A DNA stretch of 64,000 nucleotides from Mobula hypostoma. Taxonomy: Eukaryota. This document shows positions 49,913-61,405 of the stretch, in pieces (positions within the stretch are counted from its first letter, which is position 1; each line of letters begins with the position of its first letter). A program made the position numbers and the translations under genes. The stretch is from NCBI RefSeq assembly GCF_963921235.1, contig NC_086097.1, positions 33,544,001 through 33,608,000 on the forward strand. The letters run 5' to 3'. The notes under the pieces were generated by a model. That model was not told the DNA's origin and did no database searches. It was given only the letters and a program-made list of their open reading frames with translations.

Positions 49913-52296
49913 GAAATAGAATTATCAAATGGCAGTAGCCGTAAAGGAACAGCGTCTCAACTGTGTCAGTCCTTCAGAGATCCATCACAGTCAGGAACAC
50001 TATAGTAGAGTAGAGTACTGTCACTACTATAGAGCCCGACAATTACAAGGCTTTGAGCCTAATGTCAGAATAGGGAAGTTATTGGGATATATTCTGTAGT
50101 ATTAAACACTGCTTCAATAGGGAATGATCAGAGACTGACAGCAGAATAGCGTCAAGGGCCGACCTGGTGTGATGAATTGGACTACTTTTTTGTGTGGAAT
50201 TATTAGTATATTGATGACTGCAGGGCAGTAGATGGGGATCTTCACTATCTCTAAGCAAATTAACACAGCCACGCACCAGCAGAGCCAGGCTGACTATCCC
50301 AATCAACCCCTACCAGTAGATAGTTTGCCTCAGAGCATTTTTTATTGGAGTCCTACAGCATGGAAACAGCCCTTTGGCCCAACTCATCTATGCTGACCAT
50401 GTTGCCCAGCAAGCTGCTCCCACTAAGTTTGGATTCATAGGACGGGAATTACCTGCCGTATCCCAGGTGCCCTTTATTGGCTATCTAGTTATCTATTACC
50501 CCACTTATGGCAATGAAAGACTTCTCTGCCCCTCATGGACCTTGCTCCAGAGCCCTGGGATTATCTGAGCAATCTCATCTTTCCCCATCACAGACTCACT
50601 CTGTCCTATCCATCTCTCTCGCACTCACTTTCAAACTTAACCCCAATGTTTTCTCTCTGTCCCAGTACCGGTGAAGCCAACAACTGTTCTTACCTGCATG
50701 AACTGTTTGTACTTTCGGAACACAGGGAACCTTCTTGCTCCCAGAGAAACCTCTGCACCTCTACCTCACAGTCTATTCTCTGGCTTCAACCTACTTGCCT
50801 GACGCCAGTGCCTGTTGTCCCCTAGGTGTATGCTGAGCCTGGCAGTGTTCTGTAAGAATGCCACGTCACCCTGGATCCAGCTCCGAGGAGTGAGGGCACA
50901 GAGTGCAGCCGCCCTTCCCCACCCTCTCCCTCCCCCCGTCCGTCAATGCTGCACACACTCCCTCACCTGCCCCAGTAGGAACGAGTCCTCATCTGGTGGA
51001 CAGAACGTTTCCAAAGCTGGGAGAGTCTAGAACCAGAGGGTAGCCTCAGAATACAAGGAGACCCCTTTAGAACAGAGATGAGGAGGAATTTCTATAGCTG
51101 GAGGGTGCAGAGTGTGTGGAATTCATTGCCATGGACAGCTGTGGAGGCCAAGTCATTGGGTATATTTAAAGTGGGGGTTGAGAGGTTCTTGATTAGTAAG
51201 GGTATCAAAGGTTATGGGGAGAAGGCAGAAGGGTAGGGTTGAAAGGGATAATAAATCAGCTATGATGGAGTGGTGGAGGATTCTCAATGGGCTGAATGTC
51301 TTCATTGTTGCGAACAGCCCTCACTGAGTTTCATCTACTCAAGACACCTTTAATTCACCGAGTCACACAAGCTTGGTGGAGTATGGCAGATTTCAAACTG
51401 TTTAATTCTGATTACACCCTTTCTCAAAGTAACAATGAGCATAAAAAAAAATTAGTGTTCAAACTTTTAGCGTCTGAGGTCTCAGCTCACCGGGCTGTGG
51501 AGTGTATGTGAACCCGGGAACGGAGGGGAGGGAGGCAGCTCCAAACATTCCTGGCCCCCATGAGTCAGCAGCCGGGAATATTCCCAGGACACGCAGTGAA
51601 GTGGGAAAAAGAGCATAGGGATTGATGGAACAGGAGGGAGCAGCATGCCTCATACTGATCACTGGGCTGTTCCTGGTCACACTGACCCTCCCTGGGGCCC
51701 TGAGCCAGACACAGGAACACCAGGTGCACTGGCAGCGGAGATGGCATAAGTTCATGAGATCCCACACACAGCTAGCAAGGTGCCTGAAGATTTGTGGCTT
51801 CCTTGCACCTTTGCTCCATCACTCTGCTCCATCGACTAGCTGCTTTTTCCCACAGCGCTGGGGAAGAGGGGGTGAAGCAGGGAGAAGCCCCAACCCTTCT
51901 CCTGCCGAACCCAGGCATCTGTGCAAAGCGCTGCTCAACACTGTAAACTCACTGAGGGTGTTCGGTTCTAAGGCACAGGAGTGCGCTGAGCGCGGGGTGG
52001 ATCTGAACTACTTTAAGGCACCGAACTTAAAAGTGACCCAAGCCGTAATCTACAAATAGTGGGCTTGGATCACCTCTGGGAAAGATATACACTGAAGCAA
52101 ACTCACCATGTACAGCGTGAGGAGTGAACAGGTAAATGTTCCAACACCATTCCCAGTCAGCGTCGACACCCGCATACATAACACACCATCACACTGCCTC
52201 ACCCCTGGGTGCTAAACATTTCAATGGCCAGTGGCAGCCTGCTGTAGTATGGGTTTTCTCATAATCCCGGGCTCTTTCCTGCGGGGTGGATGTATA

Positions 52297-52330
<34 letters not shown>

Positions 52331-52640
52331 TTTGTGTGTGTGTGAGAGAGAGAGTGTGAGTGTATGTGAGAGTGTGTGTGTGTGTGTGTGAGAAAGAGCG
52401 AGAGAGAGTGTGTGTGTGAGTGTGAGTGTATGTGAGAGAGAGAGTGTGTGTCTGTGTGTGTGTGAGAGAGAGAGAGAGAGAATGTGAGAGTGAGAGGGTG
52501 AGTGAAAGGGTATGCGAGTGTGCGAGCGAGAGTGCAAGCGAATGAGTGTGTGCAAGCGGGAGAGTGTGAGTGAGTGTGTGTGCGAGCGAGAGAGTGCGTG
52601 AGAGTGAGTGTGTGTATGTGTGTGTGTATGTGTGAGAGAG
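52297..52640 (+). repeat. Compound (GT)n/(GA)n microsatellite in the presumed NEK9-like 3' UTR
   Basis: Mixed dinucleotide runs. Confidence 0.9.
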
Positions 52641-52743
52641 AGGGAGCCACACAGAAGGCTGCATGACACTGACACACTCAGGGAAGTGTCCTGTGTCAGC
52701 TTGGATGGAGGCAGAGGAAGTAAGGGCAGGCAGATAGCCCACA

Positions 52744-52914
52744 CTACTCGATGTGGCAGAAGGAGCCGGAGCCTGGGGGTGAGGCAGGACTGGGGGGCTG
52801 GGAAGGTCCTGCTTCAGCCTCTGTCACCCTCTCCCCACTGCTACCCGTTCGTTGCTCTCCCAGGGCACGCACAGCAGCCCACAGCCGACGATTCTCCTCC
52901 TCCTGACTCTGCAC
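52744..52914 (-). CDS. NEK9: NEK9-like, predicted last coding exon
   Basis: ctacag| acceptor, phase 0. Encodes VQSQEEENRRLWAAVRAL...PGSGSFCHIE then TAG at 52746-52744. Assigned by splice signals and coiled-coil continuity, not by clear homology. Confidence 0.6.
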   Translation of the reverse strand: MQSQEEENRRLWAAVRALGEQRTGSSGERVTEAEAGPSQPPSPASPPGSGSFCHIE

Positions 52915-53443
52915 CTGTAGACAAAGGGCATCGTCACAGCGCGGAGTACAGGCAGATTAGTGGGTAAAGGACATTGTCACCCAGCACAGAATACAGGCAA
53001 ACTAGTCACCCAGTGCAAAGTACAGGCTGACCAGTAGGCAAATGGCATCGTCACCAAGCACAAAGTACAGGCGGACAGTGAACACAGTCACCCAATGCAA
53101 GAGTATGTGGACTAATAGGCAGGGAGCATCGTCACTCAGTACAGAGTACAGATGGACAAGTGGACAAAGGGCACCCACTGCAGAATGCAGAGGGACAAGA
53201 GGACAGAGGGCATCACCACCCAATGCGAGTACAGACAGAACAGGAGACAGGGAGCACCATCACTTAACACAGAGTACAGGTGGACAGTGGACATACAGAA
53301 CTGTACATGCAAACTGGGACTCAAACCCATGCCACTGGCACAGCATTCTGACAGAACCCAAGCACGGAAGAGACTCCATTAAAAGCCCTGGGGAACACGG
53401 TCCCGCACCCTGGGGTTAGTGGTGGGGGGAGGTGTCCACTGAC

Positions 53444-53497
53444 CTGCTGTTCCAAACGATTCACCGTCTCCTCATTAACCTTCAGCCTCTGTTCCAT
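53444..53497 (-). CDS. NEK9: NEK9-like, 54-nt coiled-coil exon
   Basis: gacag|MEQRLKVNEETVNRLEQQ|gtcagt, phase 0-0. Confidence 0.65.
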
Positions 53498-53888
53498 CTG
53501 TCATAACAGAACAGACAAGGGGTTTCAGTGGAGAACATCAGAGTGAGCTGAGGGGTAGGGAATGGGATAGGGTGCAGGGAGTGGGGTGGGCTGGAGGCAG
53601 CAGGACGGAGCTGTAGGGAGTGAGGCAGAATGGGGTGCAGGGCGTGGGGCGGGCTGGAGGAAATGAGGCAGAATGGGGTGGGCTGGAGGGAACAGGATGT
53701 GGGTGTAGGGAGTGAGGCAGCATGGAGTGCAGGGAGTGGGGTGGAAGTTCCGTGCGTTGCAGGTAGCAGCGTAGGCTGGAGAGAGCCTAGTGACCCTGCA
53801 TCTCTCTCTCAGTCCTGTTGTGCTAGGGATGAGGCTGTGGGGCGGTTCGTATAGGGAAGGGGGTTGGTGATAGCAAACGCACATTTAC

Positions 53889-54086
53889 CCGGGAAAGTAA
53901 CTCCAGCACCTCGCTCAGGCGGTGGATCTCGGCCCCAGAGTGCCGGTTCTCCTCTTCCAATGCCTGCTGCCGCCTGAGGCACTCTGTCAGTCGTTGCTCC
54001 AGCTGTCCAAGCTCTGCCTGTACTTCACTACACACACACCGTTGCCCGGGAAATGTGGAACCGTCCCCTGAGTTTGCTCCATTCAC
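53889..54086 (-). CDS. NEK9: NEK9-like C-terminal coiled-coil exon
   Basis: tgcag|...CVCSEVQAELGQLEQRLTECLRRQQALEEEN...|gtaaat, 198 nt. Resembles NEK9 [31 protein letters not shown]. Confidence 0.8.
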
Positions 54087-55031
54087 CTGCATGGGGGGGT
54101 GGTGGGGAGAGACACCGGGGGTGCAGGGGGGAACACATTCAATCAATTGCACCAGGCATCCCTCCCAGCTCCAGTCATCTCACCCCTCCTCTCCCCGTCC
54201 CCATCACCGGTGACCAGGGACCAGGTAACCAGATCCCCTACCCACAGGAAACCCCGTTAACCAGATGTATGCCCATCCCTATTGGTGAGTGTGTTAGCCA
54301 CCTGCTGTAACCCAACCTCCCTTCCCCTCAATGGTCTGTGGGATTGCTGTCATCAGAGGAACTTAGTGGATCATGGTTCAAAACCCCTCCACCCTCTGAT
54401 GACAACCACCTCACGCTACACCATCACCCCCACCATCTCCTCTCCACTCCCCATTAGTAACTGCGTCCACTACCCCCCCCACCCCACCCTTTTAGGGCAG
54501 TTCTTGGGTGTGGTCCCACTAGATGTTTCAATACATAACTGCTCCTGTTACCTCCCCTATATTGGTTGGGAGTCTCTGCCTCCACACCACCTCGGGGAGC
54601 ACAGTCAGACACCCTCCACCTTTCGGCTGAAAATCTCTAGAGCTCCTCCGGGCTCTTCCCTCACAAATCAGACCCATGTCTCTCTGACATCAGACAGCTC
54701 TTCATGTAGAAATATCTCTCACCATCCAGCTGATCTACTCCCTCATAACAACAGCCCTCCCTCATACCAGATCTGTGTCCATTCCTCTGATATTAAATAT
54801 CCCTGCCATCTAGAAACACATCTCACCACTCAAGTCATTCACCCTCTTGTAATACCAACCCCCCCCCATCCTCAGTACCAGGAGAACAGACCCAGCCTAT
54901 CCTGTCTCTCATCATCAGCACATCCAATGGCTACTGTGTCACCTGTGAACCTCCTCTGGACCCTTTCTGACGTCAGCACATCCTTTCTTAGATAAGGGGC
55001 TCATCAGGTACCAAAACTGATCCCTATGTAC

Positions 55032-55109
55032 GGCGCAGGTCCCAGCTCCCATCTCTCCCTGCTTGTCATGGTTCTGCTGCAGTGAGTGCTCCCTGCTCCT
55101 GACCTGGAC
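55032..55109 (-). CDS. Possible additional NEK9-like exon (78 nt)
   Basis: cacag|VQVRSREHSLQQNHDKQGEMGAGTCA|gtacat, phase 0-0. Weak donor and no recognisable homology. Confidence 0.35.
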
Positions 55110-55308
55110 CTGTGACATAGGGTGGTTGTGCAGCTCTCAGTACAGAGGACAAAATGTAGCTGCTCTAACCCAGCGCCCTGCCCAGCCGCCCCACCTATAG
55201 TGACATGGGCCCACAAACTGAGGAACCCACCCCCCCATTCTCCATACAAAGTCCTGAGCCCTAACCCCTGTCTATTGACAGACTCAAGCACAGCGCATCT
55301 TTCCTTAC

Positions 55309-55464
55309 CACTGCTGGCACATCAGCCGAGCCCGCTGCCTGACCCCTCTCCTCCATTGCCCTTGGCTGCCCATAGGGAAGGGTTTCTGCTTTCGATCGAG
55401 ATGGCGGCTTAGCTGCTTCCACTGGGCTCTCTGGGACTGCGATGAACTCGGTGTTCTCCAGTTC
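55309..55464 (-). CDS. NEK9: NEK9-like duplicated ELEN.EFI exon, copy 2
   Basis: cgcag|ELENTEFIAVPESPVEAAKPPSRSKAETLPYGQPRAMEERGQAAGSADVPAV|gtaagg, 156 nt, phase 0-0. Confidence 0.75.
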
Positions 55465-56189
55465 CTGCGGAGTGACAGGACGCAGATGTTAAACTGGTTT
55501 CTCAATTCGCACACAGTATGCAGCAAAACCCATGAGCCCCAGAAACACAGAGTGACATGTACACACATACCCAGATACACATGCAGTCTGCATGGACACG
55601 GGAGACAGTTGAGGTGGGGGAGATAAAGGAGGTGTCAGTCCAATTGCCTCTATCAGTCAGGGCACTGAGCCCAGCATAGAACATTACAGCACAATGTTGT
55701 GTTGACCCTTTAACCTACTCTAAGATCAATCGAACACTTCCCTCCCACATAGCCCTACAGTTTTCTATCAACCATGTGCTTATCTATGAGTTTCTTAAAT
55801 GTCCTAATGTATCTGCCACTACCACTACCACCACCCTGGCAGCGTGGTCCATGCATCCACCGCTTTGTGTAAAGAACTTACCTCTGACATCTCCCCTATA
55901 CTTTCCTCCAATCACCTTAAAATTATGCCCTCTTGTATTAGCCATCTCCTTCCTTGCAAAAATTCTCTGGCTATCCACTCAATCTGTGCCTCTTAGCATC
56001 TTATACACCTCTATCAAGTCACCTCTCATCCTCCTTTGCTCGAAAGAGAAAAGACCCAGGTTGCTCAACCTCTCCTCATAAGACGTGCTCTGTAAACCAG
56101 GCAGCATCCTGAATAGACTGGAAATGTTTTCCCTGGGGTGAAGGAAGCTGAGGTGTCAGGCAAAGAGTGTCTAAATCTAGAGTGATGTC

Positions 56190-56497
56190 CCTCTTCCTTC
56201 CCTTTCTCCCATAGTCTCCTCTCCTCTCCTTTCACATACCTTCTTCTCCAGCTCTTTACCTTTTTCACCTATCACCTCCCAGCTTCTTACTTCATCCACC
56301 CTCCCTGCCCCAGCTGGCTTCACCTATCGCCTTCTAGCTTGTCCTTCTTCCACTCACCCCAACCGTCTTATTCTGGCTTCTTCCCTCTTACTTTCCAGTC
56401 CTGAAGAAGGGTCTCAGCCCGAAAGGTCGACATTTTTCCTTTTCCACAGATGCTGCCTGACCTGCTAAGTTCCTCCAGCACTTAGTGTGTTTTGCTC
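56190..56497 (+). mobile_element. Penelope-derived 3' terminal fragment with a degenerate hammerhead motif
   Basis: agtc-CTGAAGA-agggtctcagccc-GAAA-ggtc-gac at 56397-56431, followed by the PLE terminal motif. Confidence 0.7.
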
Positions 56498-57193
56498 TAA
56501 ACCAAGAGGCACAGGTTTAAGATGAAAGGGGAAAGATCTAAAGGGAAACTAAGGGTCAAGTTTTTCCACACAGAGGGTGATGGAGGGAGATGAAACTACA
56601 GTTTGGACTTGGCACTTGGACACATACATGGACACAAAAGGTTAGAGGGATCTGGTCCAAATGCCGGCAAATGGAACTGACTTACATGGGTAATGGCCTG
56701 GATGAGTTGGCTGAAGGGCCTTTTTCTATGCTGTGTGATTCTATGACCGAGGTGTACGCGGGGTGTGCAGAAACTGTTTTGTACAGGTTGACGCACAGCA
56801 TGAACACACAGGTAGACAACCACATGGAAGCACACTGGGCAGGCTCAGCCGCAGATGTGTACGCACACACCTGTGGACGGATACACACACAACACACCCT
56901 ATGGATACCTGGACACATACATGCACACACCCCATGGATACGTGGACACACACAAACACACACCCACCCCACCTTTGGTCCCTCGACATACACACCGGGC
57001 ACACATGGACACACTGAGCAACACTCACCAGGACAGAGTGAGGGAAACATGAGATCTGATACACAGAGCAAGAGACAGTGGACACACATGCAGAACACTG
57101 AGAGACATTGTTCAAAGAGAGAGAGACACATACCAAGAGGTGCTCCGGAGTGGGAGAGGGGAGACAGGAGAGGGGAGAGGGACACACACACAC

Positions 57194-57364
57194 CGAGAGA
57201 TGCTGGGTTGAAGAGTAAACATCTGTCTCTAGCAGCTGACCCTCCTTGTCCTTCATCGCCCTCAGCTGCCCATAAGGAAGGGTGTCCGCCTCTGATCTGG
57301 ATGGCTGCCTAGGTGCTTCAGCTGGGCTCTCTGGAATTGGGATGAACTCGGCATTCTCCAGTTC
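57194..57364 (-). CDS. NEK9: NEK9-like ELENAEFIP exon, copy 1
   Basis: tgcag|ELENAEFIPIPESPAEAPRQPSRSEADTLPYGQLRAM...HLS|gtgtgt, 171 nt. Matches NEK9 ELENAEFIPMPDSP...DTLPY. Confidence 0.85.
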
Positions 57365-57630
57365 CTGCAGAATGATAGGGCGCAGGCGTTAAACCAACTT
57401 CTCAACTCGAATACACCCAGGTGTGCACCCACACACCTATGTCCCAGACATGCACACCACAGACACATATGCCCAGAGAGGAAGGTCAGTCTATGTGGAG
57501 AGGGAGTGTGGGGCAGTCATTCTGGGGGAAACGGAGAGTCAATCTTCTCCAGATGAGCTATCCACCCCCACCCCACACCCACTCCCATGCATGTGTGGAC
57601 CCCCCCCCCCGCCCCCAGGCTCCACCCTAC

Positions 57631-57791
57631 CTGTAGTAGCCACTGGGGGCAGGAGGTGTCGGTCAGCTGGCTGGAGGTGGTGAGCCGGTTGAAGAGGCCG
57701 ACGCCTCGTCTGTCCTCAGCCGTTCGTTTCATCCGGTTTTGCCGCTCACACTCAGAGACGGTGTCATCCTCTGGCAGAGAGCCCTGTGTAA
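57631..57791 (-). CDS. NEK9: NEK9-like exon ending SCPQWLLQ
   Basis: cccag|(V)TQGSLPEDD...EDRRGVG...SCPQWLLQ|gtaggg, phase 1-0. Matches NEK9 SCPGWLRK. Confidence 0.8.
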
Positions 57792-58340
57792 CTGGGCACA
57801 CCACAGGGTCAGCCCAGGGAAGGGAAAGCGAGTGAGTGAGGGAGGGTCTCAGGGGAAGGGTGAGTGAGGGAGGGTCTCAGGGGCAGGGCAAGGGAGGGAG
57901 GGATGAGAGAGGTATCCAGGGTGAAGGGAAGGATCAGGAAACCAGTTACAACCTCCTAAAGCCCCATCCACTGATCTTAAGGGAAGAGCCACTGGACACT
58001 GACCACCCTCACCCCAAACCCTGGACAGTGAATACATACACACACAGTACACACATGACAATTACACCCATTCACTGATTGTAGTTCACTCCCCTACATA
58101 TATTACACCCAGTATCTCACACACACACAGTATTAAACACAATGTTATACACAACATATCTTGTTCTTCTCCGTGATCACACATTTTAAGTTAAGTGCCA
58201 CTAACACACATTCACCCTATCACGTGACGGTGCACACTGACTGTAGCACACACAGTACGACACTCGTTCCACATGACAGGTCAGTCGCACACCAACACTG
58301 ACAGTGCCTGCTGGGTTCAGCGATGCCATGCGGTACTCAC

Positions 58341-58400
58341 CAGCTCCAATGGAGAGCCCACTGCTGTTGGAGCGAATGGTTTTGGACACAAACACGATTT
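58341..58400 (-). CDS. NEK9: NEK9-like 60-nt exon
   Basis: ccag|(E)IVFVSKTIRSNSSGLSIGA|gtgagt; SKTIRSNSSGLSIG is as in NEK9. Confidence 0.92.
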
Positions 58401-58845
58401 CTGGAATGGCAAGACCAGGGAGTGGGTTTCTGGAGACTGTTCCATGCATCATGCCCACCCTGCAGAGTACCGGGTGCCCTTGAGACGGGAGACGGGATCT
58501 CACCCACACCCGCAGACCTCACTGGGACTGCTAGCGGTACAGGTGAACCATACTCTGCACATCCTGAGCACTAACTGGCAGGAATACAGGCACCCATCTG
58601 TCAGTGCCACCAATCCAGACCAGACAGCAGGGAAAGACTCCATCCTACACTGGGAATGTAGACTACCTGGGGGGTGGTACTGAGGGAGCATCCCACTGTG
58701 GGGGGGGGGTGGTACTGAGGAAGGGTCACATTGCGGTAGGGAGCAGTACTGAGGGAGTATCACATGGTGGGAGGGGCAGGAGCCTTGGACTGTTGGGGGC
58801 GGGGCGACCAGGGGGAGACGGTATCGGCCAGCTGCAGGCACTCAC

Positions 58846-59016
58846 CAGCTATGAGGATGGTATGCCAGCCCCTACAGGACAAGTCTGATACGTTGTGCAG
58901 TGAACCGAAGATGGGCCGCGGCCATGAGGTGCAGATCTCTGAGCCGAACCCTTTTTCGTTGACTGTCATTCCAAGCCGACCATTCCCTCCGTTACCCCAG
59001 GCGAAGATCTGGTTAT
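58846..59016 (-). CDS. NEK9: NEK9-like RCC1-repeat exon
   Basis: gcag|(D)[16 protein letters not shown]...[30 protein letters not shown]|gtgagt. Confidence 0.95.
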
Positions 59017-59255
59017 CTGCCAAACATTCAGAGCCGTCAGCACTGACACAACACTGGGGGCGGGGGGAGTGCGATGGAGGCAGCCCGAAGATCGGGGCAC
59101 AGACGCCAGACGGGATCATGGATTGGAGCACAGAAACCTCATGCATGATGTTGTGTATGCAGGCACACACTTGTGATGCTGTGTGTGGGTGTGTGAGATG
59201 TGTGCGTGCACGTGCATATGTAGGAGTAGGCTAAATCCGACTTTCCCTAACGTAC

Positions 59256-59417
59256 CATCAGTGGATGCGATGGTGAACCCGTCTCCACACGACACTCTGG
59301 TCACCTGCTTCCCTCCAAGGGCCCCCACCAGAACGTTGATGCCATCTCGTTTCCTGTAGTCTCCTACACCCAGCTGCCCGTACTTGTTACAGCCGAACGT
59401 CAACAGGCGCCCTCGTT
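59256..59417 (-). CDS. NEK9: NEK9-like RCC1-repeat exon
   Basis: atag|(E)[22 protein letters not shown]...[21 protein letters not shown]|gtacgt. Confidence 0.95.
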
Positions 59418-60647
59418 CTATGTAACAGACACAGACACATTAAATCACCCCTTGTCCCACCCCGATCCTGGACCCAGGGGTAATGTTGACTGTGCCCTTC
59501 CCCAGCCCTGATTCAAGGATGATGTTAACTGTGTGCCCCAACTGACCCCTGAACCACTGGGTAACGTTGATCCTGTCCCACCCCAGTTTCCTAACGATTT
59601 CTTCCATGGGTCGGTTGGCGTAGGAGGCCATGCGTGGGTGTAGTGCTGAAAACAGCCGTCCGGTTAGGCAGTGTCTATGGAGACAGAATGAGGTACGGTG
59701 ATGGGCGAGGAAGAAACCTTCGTCACAATTCTAAGCAATGATCCGTTCTGACTTTGATGCCAAATTAAAATAACATTCCCCCACCCAGGTTAGTTCATGT
59801 GCTTAAGAGCCTTTTAATTCTCTATCCTATCAGCCTCATCCACTATCCTTAGCAGCACAATCCAGCCACCCATTACTCTCTGTGTGAAATACTTGCTTCA
59901 TAAACCCCATTTGAACTCTCCCCCACACCTAAAGCTGTGTCCACTAGTGTTTGACATTTCCACCCTGGAGAAGACTAGCTGTCTGCTCTACCAGTACCTC
60001 TCATAATTTTATACAAGTTAGTTCTCCCCCAAGTCTCTGCTGCTCCACAGAAAGCAACCCAAGTTCATCTAACCTCTCCTGATAAGCTCATGCCCTCTAA
60101 TCCAAGCAGCATCCTGGTGAAGCTCTTCTGCACCCTCTCCAAAGCCTTTACATCCTTCTTATAGAGGGGTGACCGGAACCGGACACAATACTGCAAATAT
60201 GGTCGTACTAAAACTTTATACAGCTGCAAGGACCTCCTGAATTTTATTTCCAGGATCAACAGATGTTGCCTGATCCACTCAGTGCTTCTAACATATTCAG
60301 TTTTTATTTCTGCTGTTCGGGTCATAGAGCACTACAACAAAGAAACAGACCCTTCAACCCATTTAGTCTGTGCTGGCCTAATCTGATTAGTCCCACTGAC
60401 CCAAACCCAAACCATAGTCCTCCATATCTCTCATCCATGTACTTATCCAAGTAACTCTTAAATGTTACAATCGAATCCTCATCCATCACTTCCACACTCG
60501 CACTCTCTGAGTGAAGAAGTTTCCCCTCACGTTCCCCTTGTTTGTCACTATTCCCATTGGACTGAGGGATACACGGACCTCCATGTGGTTTTACATGGAT
60601 CTCCTTGTGATCTGATCATTTCACCCATCGTTCTCCCACTTGCTCAC

Positions 60648-60756
60648 CGTCAATGGCTGCGGTGTGGGTCTTGCCTGCAGCGATGGTCTTCACCCTGTAG
60701 ATGGCCAGCTGCTTGGATAAGGTCAGTGTTGTCATGTAGGGCACCTCCTGGTCAGG
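60648..60756 (-). CDS. NEK9: NEK9-like RCC1-repeat exon
   Basis: acag|[36 protein letters not shown]|gtgagc, 109 nt, phase 0-1. Confidence 0.92.
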
Positions 60757-61205
60757 CTGTAGAGTGAACAATGCAGCTGAGTAGTTGGGTCACCACTGCT
60801 GGCTCTGACCTGCTCACTAACCCCCTCCCCTGGGGTCACCACTGCACCTCCAACCTGCTCGCTGTCCCTACCTTCCGGGACGCAGAGCGCATGGCAGAGA
60901 TATCCCACCCGTCACTTGAAAACCCAGCCCTTGCCGTGGGCTTATACTAGAAGGCACAGGGGAAAAGGGAGGTTTCCCACCATGACCTCCTCTTCATTAT
61001 CACCCATATCACCCCCCGCAGTGTAAACAGCCGAAATTACAATGTCAGCACGTGTCGGGGAGGGGTGATGCGTCAAGGGTAGGGTGACAGGGAAGGTGGT
61101 ATTTCGGGGTGGAAGGAGGTATCAGGGAAACGGAGGGGAAGGTGCATGTATCAGGGAGGGGTTATAGCGGAGGGGTGATATGGGCTGGGCTGAGCCCACC
61201 CTCAC

Positions 61206-61367
61206 CTTGCTGTGCTGGGTCCTGAGACCTCTCATGTAGTGGTTGAGGCCGAGCTTGTTGTACTCGTTGTTGCCACAGGCCAGCACCTTCCCACTCTGGG
61301 TGACGAAGAAAGTGCCATCAGACCCACACTGCACCGACACCACACTCAGGCTCACTGGCACGTCCAC
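61206..61367 (-). CDS. NEK9: NEK9-like RCC1-repeat exon (kinase-domain exons lie beyond the window)
   Basis: atag|[42 protein letters not shown]...SK|gtgagg, 162 nt. Confidence 0.95.
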
Positions 61368-61405
61368 CTATGGCAGAAGAACATCATTAACCAGAACATC
61401 ATTAA

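Noticed and set aside
51622..52059. 145-aa ORF with a signal-peptide-like start
   Set aside because: Non-ATG first codon, no recognisable family, and antisense to the presumed NEK9-like 3' UTR.
52189..52744. His/Thr/Leu/Ser-rich minus-strand ORFs
   Set aside because: Translations of the dinucleotide microsatellite, downstream of the predicted NEK9-like stop.
54282..54995. 237-aa plus-strand ORF
   Set aside because: Intronic, C-rich and overlapping an antisense CR1 3' relic; no coherent protein features.
61243..61405. N-terminal part of ORF 61243..62733 as a NEK9-Penelope fusion
   Set aside because: The NEK9-like exon is on the opposite strand; the plus-strand frame is open by chance before the element begins.
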